A DNA stretch of 64,000 bases from assembly GCA_017399175.1 (NCBI GenBank), contig JAFQEE010000043.1:6021-70020 (forward strand). The letters are read 5' to 3'. Under the pieces are notes generated by a model. It did no database searches. It had not been told where the DNA came from and worked only from the letters and a program-made list of their open reading frames with translations. The position numbers and the translations under genes were made by a program. Shown here piece by piece: positions 23,865-34,197 of this stretch. The number at the start of each line of letters is the position of its first letter. Position 1 is the stretch's first letter. Source of the DNA: Clostridia bacterium (GTDB taxonomy: Bacteria; Bacillota; Clostridia; Oscillospirales; Acutalibacteraceae).

Positions 23865-25322
23865 ATGAATAATGAATCTCTCAATAAGAACAGATTTTTA
23901 ATGACAGAACTTTACGAGCTCACAATGGCAAACGGCTTGTTTATGAGTGGGAAAAACAACGAAATTGCGTATTTTGATGTTTTCTTCAGAAAAGTTCCCG
24001 ATAAAGGTGGCTTTGCAGTTTTTGCAGGGCTTTCAAGAATTGTAGATTTTATTAAAAATATCTCGTTTACCGAGTCTGATTTGGAATATCTTGGGACTCT
24101 TGGTTTGTGTGACGAATTTATCGACTATCTTCGTAATTTTAAGTTTGAGTGTGACATTTGGTCAGTACCCGAGGGAACACCGATTTTCCCAAATGAGCCT
24201 GTAATAAAGGTTCGCGGACCTATTGTTCAGGCACAACTTATTGAAACAATTCTTATGGTATGTATGAATCATCAAAGCCTTATTGCAACAAAGGCAAACC
24301 GCCTTGTCCGTGCTGCAAAGGGTACAAGTGTTGCTGAATTCGGTACTCGTCGTGCAGTCGGCTTTGACTCTGCATTCTATGGCTCTCGTGCTGCATATAT
24401 AGGTGGCTGTGTTGGTACATCCGGTGTTGTACAGAGTGAAAAATTCGGTATTCCTACAATGAATACAATGGTTCACAGTTGGGTACAGATGTTTGACTCC
24501 GAATACGAGGCATTCTGCGAATATGCAAGACAATATCCCGATGACTGTTCACTTGTTGTTGATACTTACGATACAATCCGTTCAGGCGTGCCGAATGCAA
24601 TAAAAGCATTCAACGATGTTTTAGCACCAATGGGCAAGCGTCCTGTAAGCATTCGCATCGACTCAGGTGACATAACTTATCTTTCTAAAAAAGCAAGAAA
24701 AATGCTTGATGAAGCAGGATACCCTGATTGTAGTATTACTGCATCAAATTCACTTGATGAATACATTATCAATGATATGATTTTACAGGGTGCAAAGGTT
24801 GACTGCTTTATCGTCGGTGAAAGACTTATCAATTCAGCATCAGCACCTCTTTTCAGCGGTGTCTATAAGTTGAGTGCTATTGAAAAAGATGGTGAGATTA
24901 TCCCTAAAATCAATCTTTCCGAAAATGTAAGTAAAATTACAACACCACATTCAAAAATGCTTTACAGACTCTTTGATTGTGATACAGGTAAAGCTATTGC
25001 TGATGTGCTCACACTTGAAAACGAAGAAATTGACGAAAGTAAACCATACACACTCTTTGACCCTGATTTCACATGGAAACGCAAAGAAGTTGAAAACTTT
25101 GTTGCAAGAAAAATGCTTGTCCCTGTTTTCGTGAAAGGTGAGTGTGTTTATAAAGAACCGTCAGTTGACGAAATCAGAGATTACTGTTCAGGTGAAATCG
25201 ACAATCTTTGGGAAGAAGTTAAGCGATTTGAAAATCCACATACCTATTATGTTGACCTTTCCGAAAATCTTTGGAGAGTCAGAAAAGAGTTAATCGAAGA
25301 ATACAAAGGAGTTAAAAAGTAA
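23865..25322 (+). CDS. pncB: Nicotinate phosphoribosyltransferase
   Basis: LMTELYELTMANG N-terminus and FGTRRA motif. ATG 23865 lies behind CAGGTGA. Confidence 0.9.
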   Translation: MNNESLNKNRFLMTELYELTMANGLFMSGKNNEIAYFDVFFRKVPDKGGFAVFAGLSRIVDFIKNISFTESDLEYLGTLGLCDEFIDYLRNFKFECDIWSVPEGTPIFPNEPVIKVRGPIVQAQLIETILMVCMNHQSLIATKANRLVRAAKGTSVAEFGTRRAVGFDSAFYGSRAAYIGGCVGTSGVVQSEKFGIPTMNTMVHSWVQMFDSEYEAFCEYARQYPDDCSLVVDTYDTIRSGVPNAIKAFNDVLAPMGKRPVSIRIDSGDITYLSKKARKMLDEAGYPDCSITASNSLDEYIINDMILQGAKVDCFIVGERLINSASAPLFSGVYKLSAIEKDGEIIPKINLSENVSKITTPHSKMLYRLFDCDTGKAIADVLTLENEEIDESKPYTLFDPDFTWKRKEVENFVARKMLVPVFVKGECVYKEPSVDEIRDYCSGEIDNLWEEVKRFENPHTYYVDLSENLWRVRKELIEEYKGVKK

Positions 25323-25852
25323 TGAATATATGGCACGATATTGACCCGGCAAGAATTACACGAAAGGATTTTGAAGCGGTAATTGAAATCAGCAAAGGCA
25401 GTAAAATGAAATACGAGCTTGATAAAGAAACAGGTCTTTTAAAACTTGACCGTGTTCTTCATACATCAACTCATTATCCTGCAAACTACGGTTTTATTCC
25501 AAGAACTTACGCTGACGATAACGACCCGTTGGATGTTCTTGTCCTTTGCTCAGAAAAAATTGAGCCAATGGCACTTGTCCGTTGTTACCCGATTGGTGTT
25601 ATTTCTATGGTTGACAGTGGACATGCTGACGATAAGATTATCGCAATCCCATTCGGTGACCCCACATACAATGAATATAAGGATATAAGTCAGCTTCCGA
25701 AACACATTTTTGATGAAATGACTCACTTCTTTACAGTTTATAAAATGCTTGAAAATAAGGATACTGTAATTGATGAGGCAAAGGGCGTTCTCGCAGCAGT
25801 AGATATTATCGAAGATGCTATTGAGGGTTATAAAAAGAAGTTTGTAAAATAA
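25322..25852 (+). CDS. ppa: Inorganic pyrophosphatase (family I)
   Basis: EISKGSKMKYELDKETG, YPANYGFIP and DDNDPLDVLV motifs. Confidence 0.93.
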   Translation: MNIWHDIDPARITRKDFEAVIEISKGSKMKYELDKETGLLKLDRVLHTSTHYPANYGFIPRTYADDNDPLDVLVLCSEKIEPMALVRCYPIGVISMVDSGHADDKIIAIPFGDPTYNEYKDISQLPKHIFDEMTHFFTVYKMLENKDTVIDEAKGVLAAVDIIEDAIEGYKKKFVK

Positions 25853-25865
25853 AATATATGCATTT

Positions 25866-25899
25866 GCACCTTATTCCGTAGGGAATAGGGTGCTTTTTT
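25866..25899 (+). terminator. Intrinsic terminator after ppa
   Basis: GCACCTTATTCC-GTAG-GGAATAGGGTGC, followed by TTTTTT. Confidence 0.8.
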
Positions 25900-25984
25900 A
25901 TGCCTTTTTAGTACTTGTGAAAAATAAACAAATAAATATTATAAATTTTGTAGAAAAATGCACAAAAATATTTTTAACTTATTC

Positions 25985-26014
25985 TTGACATTTTTCTGTT
26001 CCATATTGTATAAT
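25985..26014 (+). promoter_or_regulatory. Consensus sigma-A promoter of the dcw cluster (TTGACA-18-TATAAT with TG extension)
   Basis: TTGACA at 25985-25990. TGTATAAT at 26007-26014. Confidence 0.7.
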
Positions 26015-26023
26015 GAATTCATC

Positions 26024-26064
26024 AATGTGGGGGCAAAATACACCCAAATTGTGACCAAATGTGG
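26024..26064 (+). promoter_or_regulatory. Candidate MraZ operator: three AAWTGTGR repeats
   Basis: AATGTGG at 26024-26030, AATTGTGA at 26047-26054 and AAATGTGG at 26057-26064, between the promoter and mraZ. Confidence 0.35.
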
Positions 26065-26101
26065 AAATAGCAGAAAATTGACTATGAAAGGAGTGGACAA
26101 A

Positions 26102-26509
26102 ATGTCATTTATAGGCATATATTTTCATAATCTTGATGCTAAAAATCGTTTGTTCATTCCTGTGAAATATCGTGATGACCTTGGTGAAAAGTTTGTCGTT
26201 ATGCCGGGCCCTCACGGCAATTTGTGGCTTTATCCAACTGATGTGTTTGAGGGAATTGCCGAACAGTATCGAAGAACTCACACTATTGAAGAACAAAGTA
26301 ATTTCTTTAGTAGCGTTTCAAACGGTAGTGTTGATAATCAGGGACGACTTAATATCGAAACCCGATTCAAAGAACATGCAAACCTTAAAAAAGAGGTTGT
26401 GTTGTCAGGTGGCGGCAAAAGGGTAGAGGTTTGGCCAATCGAAAACTTCAGACCTGGCAAAGTCGAACTTAAAGATGCAATTGATTATTCTGCAGATGTT
26501 GATTGGTAA
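26102..26509 (+). CDS. mraZ: Transcriptional regulator MraZ
   Basis: FIGIYFHNLDAKNRLFIPVKYR and QGRLNI: the duplicated DxxxR MraZ/SpoVT-AbrB motifs. Confidence 0.92.
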   Translation: MSFIGIYFHNLDAKNRLFIPVKYRDDLGEKFVVMPGPHGNLWLYPTDVFEGIAEQYRRTHTIEEQSNFFSSVSNGSVDNQGRLNIETRFKEHANLKKEVVLSGGGKRVEVWPIENFRPGKVELKDAIDYSADVDW

Positions 26510-26518
26510 TATAAAACA

Positions 26519-27433
26519 ATGGAATTTAAACATATATCAGTTTTATTTGATGAAACGATTGAATCGTTAAATATTAAAAAAGATGGTTTGTATGTTGATT
26601 GCACTTGTGGCGGAGCGGGGCATTCAAGAGCGATACTCGAGCACATCCCGGACGGTGTTTTAGTTGCTGTTGACCGTGACCCCGACGCCATTAAGGTGAT
26701 TACTGAAAGAATCGGCAATATGCCACAGGTGGAAATTGTCAATAATAATTTCAGCAACATAAAAGATATATTGAATGGAAGACAGGCTGACGGAATTCTT
26801 GCCGACCTTGGCGTAAGCTCTTTTCAGCTTGATACTCCTGAAAGGGGATTTTCTTTCCATCACGACGCACCACTTGATATGCGAATGAGCAAAACGGGAA
26901 AAAGTGCATTTGATGTTGTGAACGGATATTCCGAGCAGGAACTTATGAATATTATCACCCGATATGGTGAAGAAAAGTTTGCAAGGAATATTGCAAAAAA
27001 CATTGTAAAATCGAGAAATCAGAAAAACATAGAAACAACAATAGAGCTTGCAGAGATTATTAAAGACTCTGTTCCCGCTAAATACAGGCGTGACGGACAT
27101 CCTGCAAGAAAGACTTTCCAAGCAATAAGAATTGAGGTTAATGACGAACTCTCAACGCTTGGACAGGCTGTGGACGATATGTTCCATAGTTTAAAAGTAG
27201 GCGGAAGACTTTCAATAATCACGTTCCATTCACTTGAGGACAGAACGGTTAAGGAAAAATTCCGTGAGTTCAGTCAGGGTTGTACTTGTCCCAAGGATTT
27301 TCCTGTTTGTGTGTGTGGGAAAACGCCGGAGGGCAAAATTATTCATAAAGGTTTGTCTGCTAAACAGTCCGAACTTGATATGAATAACAGAAGTCGAAGT
27401 GCAAAGCTTCGCACAATCGAAAGATTGCGATAA
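26519..27433 (+). CDS. rsmH: 16S rRNA (cytosine1402-N4)-methyltransferase
   Basis: HISVLFDETIESL...YVDCTCGGAGHS and DLGVSSFQLD motifs. Confidence 0.95.
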   Translation: MEFKHISVLFDETIESLNIKKDGLYVDCTCGGAGHSRAILEHIPDGVLVAVDRDPDAIKVITERIGNMPQVEIVNNNFSNIKDILNGRQADGILADLGVSSFQLDTPERGFSFHHDAPLDMRMSKTGKSAFDVVNGYSEQELMNIITRYGEEKFARNIAKNIVKSRNQKNIETTIELAEIIKDSVPAKYRRDGHPARKTFQAIRIEVNDELSTLGQAVDDMFHSLKVGGRLSIITFHSLEDRTVKEKFREFSQGCTCPKDFPVCVCGKTPEGKIIHKGLSAKQSELDMNNRSRSAKLRTIERLR

Positions 27434-27454
27434 AAAGACAGAAGGAAGAGAAGT

Positions 27455-27967
27455 ATGGCGCAACAGAACAGAAATGCTTATGCATATAACAATTACAGTC
27501 AGAATGCAAAAATTCATAATATAAACGGCTCTGCAGCGCCAAAGATGAAACCTGCACCGCAGAAAAGACCTGCGCTTGAACTTGTTAAAAAGACAAGAAT
27601 GACAGCGACTCAGGTGCGTCAGCAGACTGCCGAAGACACAAAGCGAGTGCTCAAGGCTATGTGTATTGCAACTGCAATTTTCCTTTTTATGGTTGTTGCA
27701 ATTTACAGCAGAGTACAGCTTGACGAAATCAATCGTGAAATTAGTGCTGTTGAAAATCAGATTGAACTTGCAAAAAGCGATACTATTAAGATAAACAATG
27801 AGCTTAATGCAATAGTTTCAATTAACAATGTTGAAGATTATGCGGCAAATCAGCTCGGTATGGTTAAGGTTCAGGATTATCAGGTTGTGTATATTGATTT
27901 GTCAGCAGAGGACTATGTTGCAAAAGTAAACGGCAAAACCGTTGATAAGGTAATAAACGATAATTAA
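27455..27967 (+). CDS. ftsL: Cell division protein FtsL-like (single TM plus coiled coil)
   Basis: Position between rsmH and the PBP gene. One TM segment (MCIATAIFLFMVVAIY) followed by a coiled coil. Confidence 0.7.
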   Translation: MAQQNRNAYAYNNYSQNAKIHNINGSAAPKMKPAPQKRPALELVKKTRMTATQVRQQTAEDTKRVLKAMCIATAIFLFMVVAIYSRVQLDEINREISAVENQIELAKSDTIKINNELNAIVSINNVEDYAANQLGMVKVQDYQVVYIDLSAEDYVAKVNGKTVDKVINDN

Positions 27968-28066
27968 AAGTAATATATTGAAATGATGGAGAGTCAGGAT
28001 AAAATATCCTGTGCTCTCGTTGTTTTATTTAAAAAACTAATTTTCCAAAAGGGATGTGACTATAAA

Positions 28067-30289
28067 ATGAACAGAAAACCGACTAAAGCTATGAAAACGC
28101 GTTCTTTAAGAGCGTTTTTGATTTTTTGTGTTGCATTACTTGTTATGATTGGAAATCTTTTCTGGATTCAGATTATAAAGGGTGAGGAATTCCGCCTTAA
28201 AGCTGAACGAAATCAGTTAAGTGATACCGTTATTGCAGCGAACAGAGGAACAATTTACGACTCAAATATGAAGGTTATCGCACAAAGTGCCTCTGCTTGG
28301 CTTGTGTATATCAATCCGTCAAAGGTTGAAACTGACGAGCAGAAAAAGTTGCTTATCGATGGCTTTGTGAAAATTTTTGAACTTGACGAAGAAACTGTAA
28401 CTAAAAAAGTAAACCGTAAAGAAAGCGGTTACGAAAAAATTATCGGACAGATTGATAATAAGAAAAAGGAAGAACTTCAGCAGTATATTAAGGATAATAA
28501 AGATTCTAAAATCGGCAGTATCATCGGCATTGACCCTGATACAAAAAGATATTATCCTCTCGGCACATTCGCATCAACAATCATTGGATTCACAGGTTCA
28601 GAGGATATCGGTCGTTCAGGTCTTGAACTTAAATACAACGACACTCTTACAGGCGAATCAGGAAGAATTATTACAGCAAAAAATGCCCGTAACGGCAAAA
28701 TGCCTAATGATTACGAAACGATTTACGACGCACAGCAGGGTTATAGCCTTGTGCTCACAATTGACGAGGTTATTCAGTATTATCTTGAACAGCAATTGGT
28801 ACAGGCGGTTTCCGAAACTCAGGCAAAATATGCTTACGGTATTGTAATGGATGTTAAAACAGGTGCAATTCTTGGTATGTCAACAATGCCTGATTACGAT
28901 TTGAATTCACCATATAAAGTAAGTTCAAATTCTGTTCTTGAACAGATTAAGGAAATTGAAGACGAAAAAGAAAGACAACAGGCAGAAACAAATGCATTGT
29001 ATTCACAATGGAGAAACAGAACAATTACAGATACTTACGAGCCTGGTTCTGTTTTCAAACTTTTCGTTGGTGCAGCAGCCCTTGAAGAAGGTATCATGAC
29101 AGTTGATACAACTTATAACTGTTCAGGTACAATCCGAGTTGCGAATTATAATCAAAACTGCTTTAATCATAAGGCTCACGGTACTCAAACTGTTTTTGAG
29201 GCAATGCCAAATTCATGTAACACATTCTTTATCACAATGGGACAAAAACTTGGTAAAGAAACATTCTCAAAGTACTTCCAGGCATTCGGATTTACAGAAA
29301 CAACGGGAATTGACTTGCCTTCAGAAGCAAAGCCTGTTGCAGGAAAAACATATTACGATGTACCGAATATGGGTATCGCGGAACTTTCTTCTGCATCATT
29401 CGGTCAGACATTCCAGGTAACACCAATCCAGATGATAACAGCAGTTGCATCTTTGGGTAATGGCGGTAAACTTATGCGACCATATGTGGTTTCAAAGGTG
29501 CTTGACGAAGAAGGTAACATTATTTCAGAAACTGAACCATTCGTAAAAAGACAGGTAATATCGGAAAAAACAGCCGATATTATGAAAGATGTTATGGAAC
29601 AGGTTTGCGTATGGGGTACAGCGAAAAATGCTTATGTTGCAGGCTACCATATTGCAGGTAAAACAGGTACAAGTGAAAAAATCGGTGCAAATGCCAAGGA
29701 TGAAAATGTAGCATCATTCGCAGGTTTTGCTCCTGCGAACAATCCACAGATTGCTGTGTTTATTGCACTCGACGAACCACAGTATTACGCAACAGGTGGT
29801 TCAGGTGCAGCACCAGTGGCAGGACGAATTTTTGAAAATATTCTTGCTTACCTCAATATTGACCCTGAATATACAGACGAAGAATTTGCACAAGCAACTG
29901 TAACAGCACCTAATCTTATCGGTGAAAGCACAGATACAGTAAAGTCAAAGGCAACAGGATTTACAGTTAAAATCGTCGGTGACGGTGAAACAGTAATTTC
30001 ACAGATGCCTGCATCAAGTCAGTCAATGCCAAAAGGTGGCGTTATTGTAGTATATACAGAAGAAAATGCTGAAAAGCAGACAGCAACAGTCCCTGAACTT
30101 ACAGGTCTTACATTGACCGAGGCGAACCGAACAGCCATAAATGCAGGCTTTAATATTAAGGTTGCAGGTAATACACAGGGTTCGGGTAAAATGCTGTCCT
30201 ATAAGCAAAGCGTACCAACGGGAACGGTGGCTGAAACAGGATATGTTATAACGGTTTATTTCCGTTCTGACGAAGTAATATCAGACTAA
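28067..30289 (+). CDS. Class B penicillin-binding protein (SpoVD/PBP2B-type) with two C-terminal PASTA domains
   Basis: Transpeptidase motifs SVFK and KTGT. Two PASTA-like repeats (APNLIGES..., VPELTGLTLTEA...). Confidence 0.92.
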   Translation: MNRKPTKAMKTRSLRAFLIFCVALLVMIGNLFWIQIIKGEEFRLKAERNQLSDTVIAANRGTIYDSNMKVIAQSASAWLVYINPSKVETDEQKKLLIDGFVKIFELDEETVTKKVNRKESGYEKIIGQIDNKKKEELQQYIKDNKDSKIGSIIGIDPDTKRYYPLGTFASTIIGFTGSEDIGRSGLELKYNDTLTGESGRIITAKNARNGKMPNDYETIYDAQQGYSLVLTIDEVIQYYLEQQLVQAVSETQAKYAYGIVMDVKTGAILGMSTMPDYDLNSPYKVSSNSVLEQIKEIEDEKERQQAETNALYSQWRNRTITDTYEPGSVFKLFVGAAALEEGIMTVDTTYNCSGTIRVANYNQNCFNHKAHGTQTVFEAMPNSCNTFFITMGQKLGKETFSKYFQAFGFTETTGIDLPSEAKPVAGKTYYDVPNMGIAELSSASFGQTFQVTPIQMITAVASLGNGGKLMRPYVVSKVLDEEGNIISETEPFVKRQVISEKTADIMKDVMEQVCVWGTAKNAYVAGYHIAGKTGTSEKIGANAKDENVASFAGFAPANNPQIAVFIALDEPQYYATGGSGAAPVAGRIFENILAYLNIDPEYTDEEFAQATVTAPNLIGESTDTVKSKATGFTVKIVGDGETVISQMPASSQSMPKGGVIVVYTEENAEKQTATVPELTGLTLTEANRTAINAGFNIKVAGNTQGSGKMLSYKQSVPTGTVAETGYVITVYFRSDEVISD

Positions 30290-30318
30290 TTCAATACAAG
30301 TTAATATGAGGTAAAACA

Positions 30319-31746
30319 ATGAAACTTTCTTCACTTCTCAGGGGTGTGAAAACACAGGATGTGTATGAAGAAAGGGAAGTTGAAAGAGTAACGGATAAGG
30401 ATAATGACAATTTAAAAAATGCACTTTTCGTCTGTGTTGACGGTAACAGAGTTGACGGCCATTCACTTGCTGTAAATGCTGTGAAAAACGGTGCTGTTGC
30501 AGTAATAACAAGTCGTGATTTAGGTATCAATGAGCAAATAATTGTTGAAGATACAAGGTGTGCATTTTCGATTATTGCATCAAACTTTTACGATAATCCG
30601 TCACAAAAACTAAAAATAATCGGCATAACAGGAACAAACGGGAAAACCTCAACTTGCTTTTTTATCAAGAGCATTTTGGAATCTTTGGGCAAAAAGTGCG
30701 GACTTATTGGCACAGTTGAAAACAGTTGGGGCAACACCAAAAATCAATCAATTCTCACCACTCCCGAGCCAATGGAACTTAACAAACTGTTCAGCGAAAT
30801 GGTAAAGGACGGTTGTGAATACTGTGTTATGGAGGTTTCTTCCCAAGCACTTTGTCAAAAACGAGTTTACGGTATAAATTTCTGTGCATCAGCCATAACG
30901 AATATAACTCCCGAACACCTTGATTATCACGGTTCTATGGAGAATTATATAAACGCAAAACTTGAACTTATGGGTCAATCGGACTTTGCTTGTATAAATA
31001 TTGACGATGAATTGATTTCGGAAAATGCTGACAGAATAAATTGTCCTGTTTATTCTTATTCAACGATAGATAATAAAGCGAATTACACAGCAAAAAATGT
31101 AATCTGTAATGAAAACGGTATCCGATACGAATTTGTTGGCTTTGACTTTATAAATAGGGTAGAGTCATCACTTTTCGGTAAATTCACAGTTTATAACACA
31201 CTTTGTGCAATATCGGTACTCATAAATCTCGGTTTTGATATTGATAAGATTACAAAGGCAATAGAAGATATTTCATTTGTAAAAGGCAGATGCGAAATCG
31301 TACCCGTACCAAGGAAATATACGGTAATAATCGATTATGCTCACACTCCCGATGGGTTAAGAAATATTCTTTCTGCTGTCCGTGAGATTACATCGGGAAG
31401 AATTATTCTCGTTTTCGGTTGCGGTGGTGACCGTGATAAACTTAAACGACCTGAAATGGGAAAAATAGCAGGGGAACTTTCAAATATTGCAGTTGTCACA
31501 AGTGACAACCCACGAAATGAAAACCCACTACTTATAATAAACGACATACTTTGCGGTATGGAAAAATCGAAAGCAAAAATTGCTGTGATTGAAAATCGTC
31601 GTCAGGCAATCGAATTCGCACTTTCAAAAGCAAAAAAAGGTGACATTGTCCTGCTTGCAGGAAAAGGTCATGAAACATATCAGATTATAAGGGAAACAAA
31701 AATTTCGTTTGATGAAAGACAGATAGTTAAGGAATACTTTAATTGA
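30319..31746 (+). CDS. murE: UDP-N-acetylmuramoyl-L-alanyl-D-glutamate--2,6-diaminopimelate ligase
   Basis: GITGTNGKTST P-loop and the MurE-specific DNPRNE motif. Confidence 0.93.
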   Translation: MKLSSLLRGVKTQDVYEEREVERVTDKDNDNLKNALFVCVDGNRVDGHSLAVNAVKNGAVAVITSRDLGINEQIIVEDTRCAFSIIASNFYDNPSQKLKIIGITGTNGKTSTCFFIKSILESLGKKCGLIGTVENSWGNTKNQSILTTPEPMELNKLFSEMVKDGCEYCVMEVSSQALCQKRVYGINFCASAITNITPEHLDYHGSMENYINAKLELMGQSDFACINIDDELISENADRINCPVYSYSTIDNKANYTAKNVICNENGIRYEFVGFDFINRVESSLFGKFTVYNTLCAISVLINLGFDIDKITKAIEDISFVKGRCEIVPVPRKYTVIIDYAHTPDGLRNILSAVREITSGRIILVFGCGGDRDKLKRPEMGKIAGELSNIAVVTSDNPRNENPLLIINDILCGMEKSKAKIAVIENRRQAIEFALSKAKKGDIVLLAGKGHETYQIIRETKISFDERQIVKEYFN

Positions 31747-31761
31747 AATCAGGAGATTACA

Positions 31762-33123
31762 ATGAACTTAAAAGTAACTGAAATTGCAAAAGCATTAGGA
31801 ACAAATCTTAATTCTGAAAATATAATAGATAATGTTTCAATCGATAGCCGTAATGTGAACGAAACAACATTGTTTTTTGCAATAAAAGGTGACCGTTTTG
31901 ACGGACACGATTTCGTGAAAGATGTTGCAGAAAAAGGCGTCGGTGCAGTTGTCTGTCACAAAAAAGTTGATTGTAATGCTAATGTTATTTATGTTGAAGA
32001 TACAAAAAAGGCATTTCTTCAGTTTGCGAATTATTACAGAAACTCAATAGAGGGTTTAAGGGTAATCGGACTCACAGGAAGCGTAGGTAAAACCACAACA
32101 AAAGAAATGGTTGCCTGCGTTATGGAACAAAGCGGAGAAACTCTTAAAACAGAGGGCAACTTAAACAACGAAATCGGTGTTCCTAGAACACTTTTCAGAC
32201 TCGAAAAAACAACAAAAAATGCCGTAATTGAAATGGGTATGGACGGTGCAGGACAGATTTCAGTACTTTCAAAATGTGCAAATCCTGATGTGGCAATTAT
32301 TACAAATGTTGGTGTTTCACATATTGAAAATCTTGGCTCACGAGAAGGAATTTTAGGTGCTAAACTTGAAATTCTTCACGGACTTCCTAAGGGTGCACCG
32401 CTTTTCCTTAACGGTGATAATGATTTGCTTTCAACTGTGAAAACAGACGATTACAAAGTTATTTTCTTCGGTATTGAAAACAAAAACTGTGATGTTCTTG
32501 CAGAAAATATTACTGAAAACGGACTCTCAACAAGTTTTGTTGCAACAAAAGGTGATATAATACAGGAAATCATAATTCCAACTGTGGGAATTCACAATGT
32601 TTACGACGCTTTGTCAGCCTTTGCAGTTGGTCTTGAATACAATATTTCACCTGAAAATATCGCAAAAGGTCTTGCGAATTATGTACCTTCCGGAATGCGA
32701 CAAAGAATTAAAGAGATAAACGGAATTACTGTTATCGAAGACTGTTACAATGCAAGTCCCGATTCACAGAAAGCAGGTCTTAATTCACTTTGCAAAATCG
32801 CAAAGGGCAGAAAAATCGCAGTCCTTGGTGATATGCTTGAGCTTGGTAGTTACAGCGAAACAGCACACAGAAATGTGGGTGAATATGCTAGTGAATGTAA
32901 AATCGATATGCTTTTTACATACGGTGAACAGTCAAAGTTTATGGCAGACAGTGCCCGTAAATCAGGACTTATGAATGTTTATTCATTTACCGATAAAAAT
33001 GAACTTACAAAATCTCTTTTAAGTGAAATTCAAAAAGGTGACACATTACTTTTCAAAGCAAGTCGCGGAATGAAACTTGAAGAAGTTTTTGAAAAAATAT
33101 ATGAACAATGGGATGTAAAATAA
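31762..33123 (+). CDS. murF: UDP-N-acetylmuramoyl-tripeptide--D-alanyl-D-alanine ligase
   Basis: GLTGSVGKTTTKEM P-loop. Position after murE. Confidence 0.93.
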   Translation: MNLKVTEIAKALGTNLNSENIIDNVSIDSRNVNETTLFFAIKGDRFDGHDFVKDVAEKGVGAVVCHKKVDCNANVIYVEDTKKAFLQFANYYRNSIEGLRVIGLTGSVGKTTTKEMVACVMEQSGETLKTEGNLNNEIGVPRTLFRLEKTTKNAVIEMGMDGAGQISVLSKCANPDVAIITNVGVSHIENLGSREGILGAKLEILHGLPKGAPLFLNGDNDLLSTVKTDDYKVIFFGIENKNCDVLAENITENGLSTSFVATKGDIIQEIIIPTVGIHNVYDALSAFAVGLEYNISPENIAKGLANYVPSGMRQRIKEINGITVIEDCYNASPDSQKAGLNSLCKIAKGRKIAVLGDMLELGSYSETAHRNVGEYASECKIDMLFTYGEQSKFMADSARKSGLMNVYSFTDKNELTKSLLSEIQKGDTLLFKASRGMKLEEVFEKIYEQWDVK

Positions 33124-33135
33124 GGAGTTGTTGAT

Positions 33136-34167
33136 ATGAATATTTATGTAGCATTAGGTGTCACAGCCGTTTTAAGCTTTATAATTGCATTTTTATTGGG
33201 ATTTGTTCTTATCCCTTGGCTTCGAAAATTAAAGTTTGGCCAGACAATTCTTGATATCGGCCCTGCATGGCACAAGTCAAAACAGGGAACACCAATAATG
33301 GGCGGCCTTATGTTTATCATAAGTACAATTTTGTCCGTTGTATGTGTCCTTGTAACAGATTACTTTATGGGCGGAAAACTTTTTTCAAGCGAACACATTA
33401 TGCCTGACCAGTTAAAGGTAAAACTTGTTGCAGGTGTTATTCTTGCAATCGGTCTTGGTCTTGTTGGTTTTGCAGATGACTATATAAAAGTAGTAAAAAA
33501 GAGAAATTTAGGTCTTACAGAAATTCAGAAAACAGTACCGCAGATAATTCTTATTATTGCGTATTTGTTTGCACTCTATATGAACGGACTCACATATATG
33601 AAAATTCCTTTTGTGGGTGCAGTTGACCTTAAATGGTTCTTCTGGATTTTCGGTATCTGTGTAATCTACGGTGCAGTTAATGCAGTTAATTTCACAGACG
33701 GTGTTGACGGACTTTGTGCAAGCGTAACTTCAGTAACAGCGATTGCATTTTGTATTGCAGCACTTATGACAAAATTCTTTGGAATAAGTATTTTAGCCGC
33801 AGGTCTTGCAGGTGGTTGTTTAGGTTACCTTATCTGGAACTACTATCCGTCAAAAGTTATGATGGGTGACACAGGCTCAATGTTCTTGGGCGGTATGGTT
33901 GTAGCCCTTGCATATGCTATTGATTGTCCTATTATTCTTGTGCTTTTCGGTATTATCTATGTAATCGAAGCACTTTCAGATGTTATTCAGATTGGTTATT
34001 TCAAACTTACTCACGGTAAGAGAATTTTCAAAATGGCACCTATTCATCACCATTTTGAAATGTGCGGATGGAAAGAGCGCAAAATCGTGACAATTTTCAC
34101 TCTTGTTAATATGATTGGTTGTGCAGTAGGACTTGCACTTTATTGGTACGGTATTATCGACAGATAA
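33136..34167 (+). CDS. mraY: Phospho-N-acetylmuramoyl-pentapeptide transferase
   Basis: About 10 TM segments. Motifs GTPIMGG, NAVNFTDGVDGL and MGDTGS. Confidence 0.95.
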   Translation: MNIYVALGVTAVLSFIIAFLLGFVLIPWLRKLKFGQTILDIGPAWHKSKQGTPIMGGLMFIISTILSVVCVLVTDYFMGGKLFSSEHIMPDQLKVKLVAGVILAIGLGLVGFADDYIKVVKKRNLGLTEIQKTVPQIILIIAYLFALYMNGLTYMKIPFVGAVDLKWFFWIFGICVIYGAVNAVNFTDGVDGLCASVTSVTAIAFCIAALMTKFFGISILAAGLAGGCLGYLIWNYYPSKVMMGDTGSMFLGGMVVALAYAIDCPIILVLFGIIYVIEALSDVIQIGYFKLTHGKRIFKMAPIHHHFEMCGWKERKIVTIFTLVNMIGCAVGLALYWYGIIDR

Positions 34168-34197
34168 AAACAAAAAATTCACAAAGGCGGTGAGAAA

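Noticed and set aside
25958-26101. N-terminal extension of the mraZ ORF
   Set aside because: It contains the consensus promoter and the candidate MraZ boxes. MraZ begins at MSFIGIY (26102).
26660-27121. 153-aa minus-strand ORF
   Set aside because: It is antisense to rsmH.
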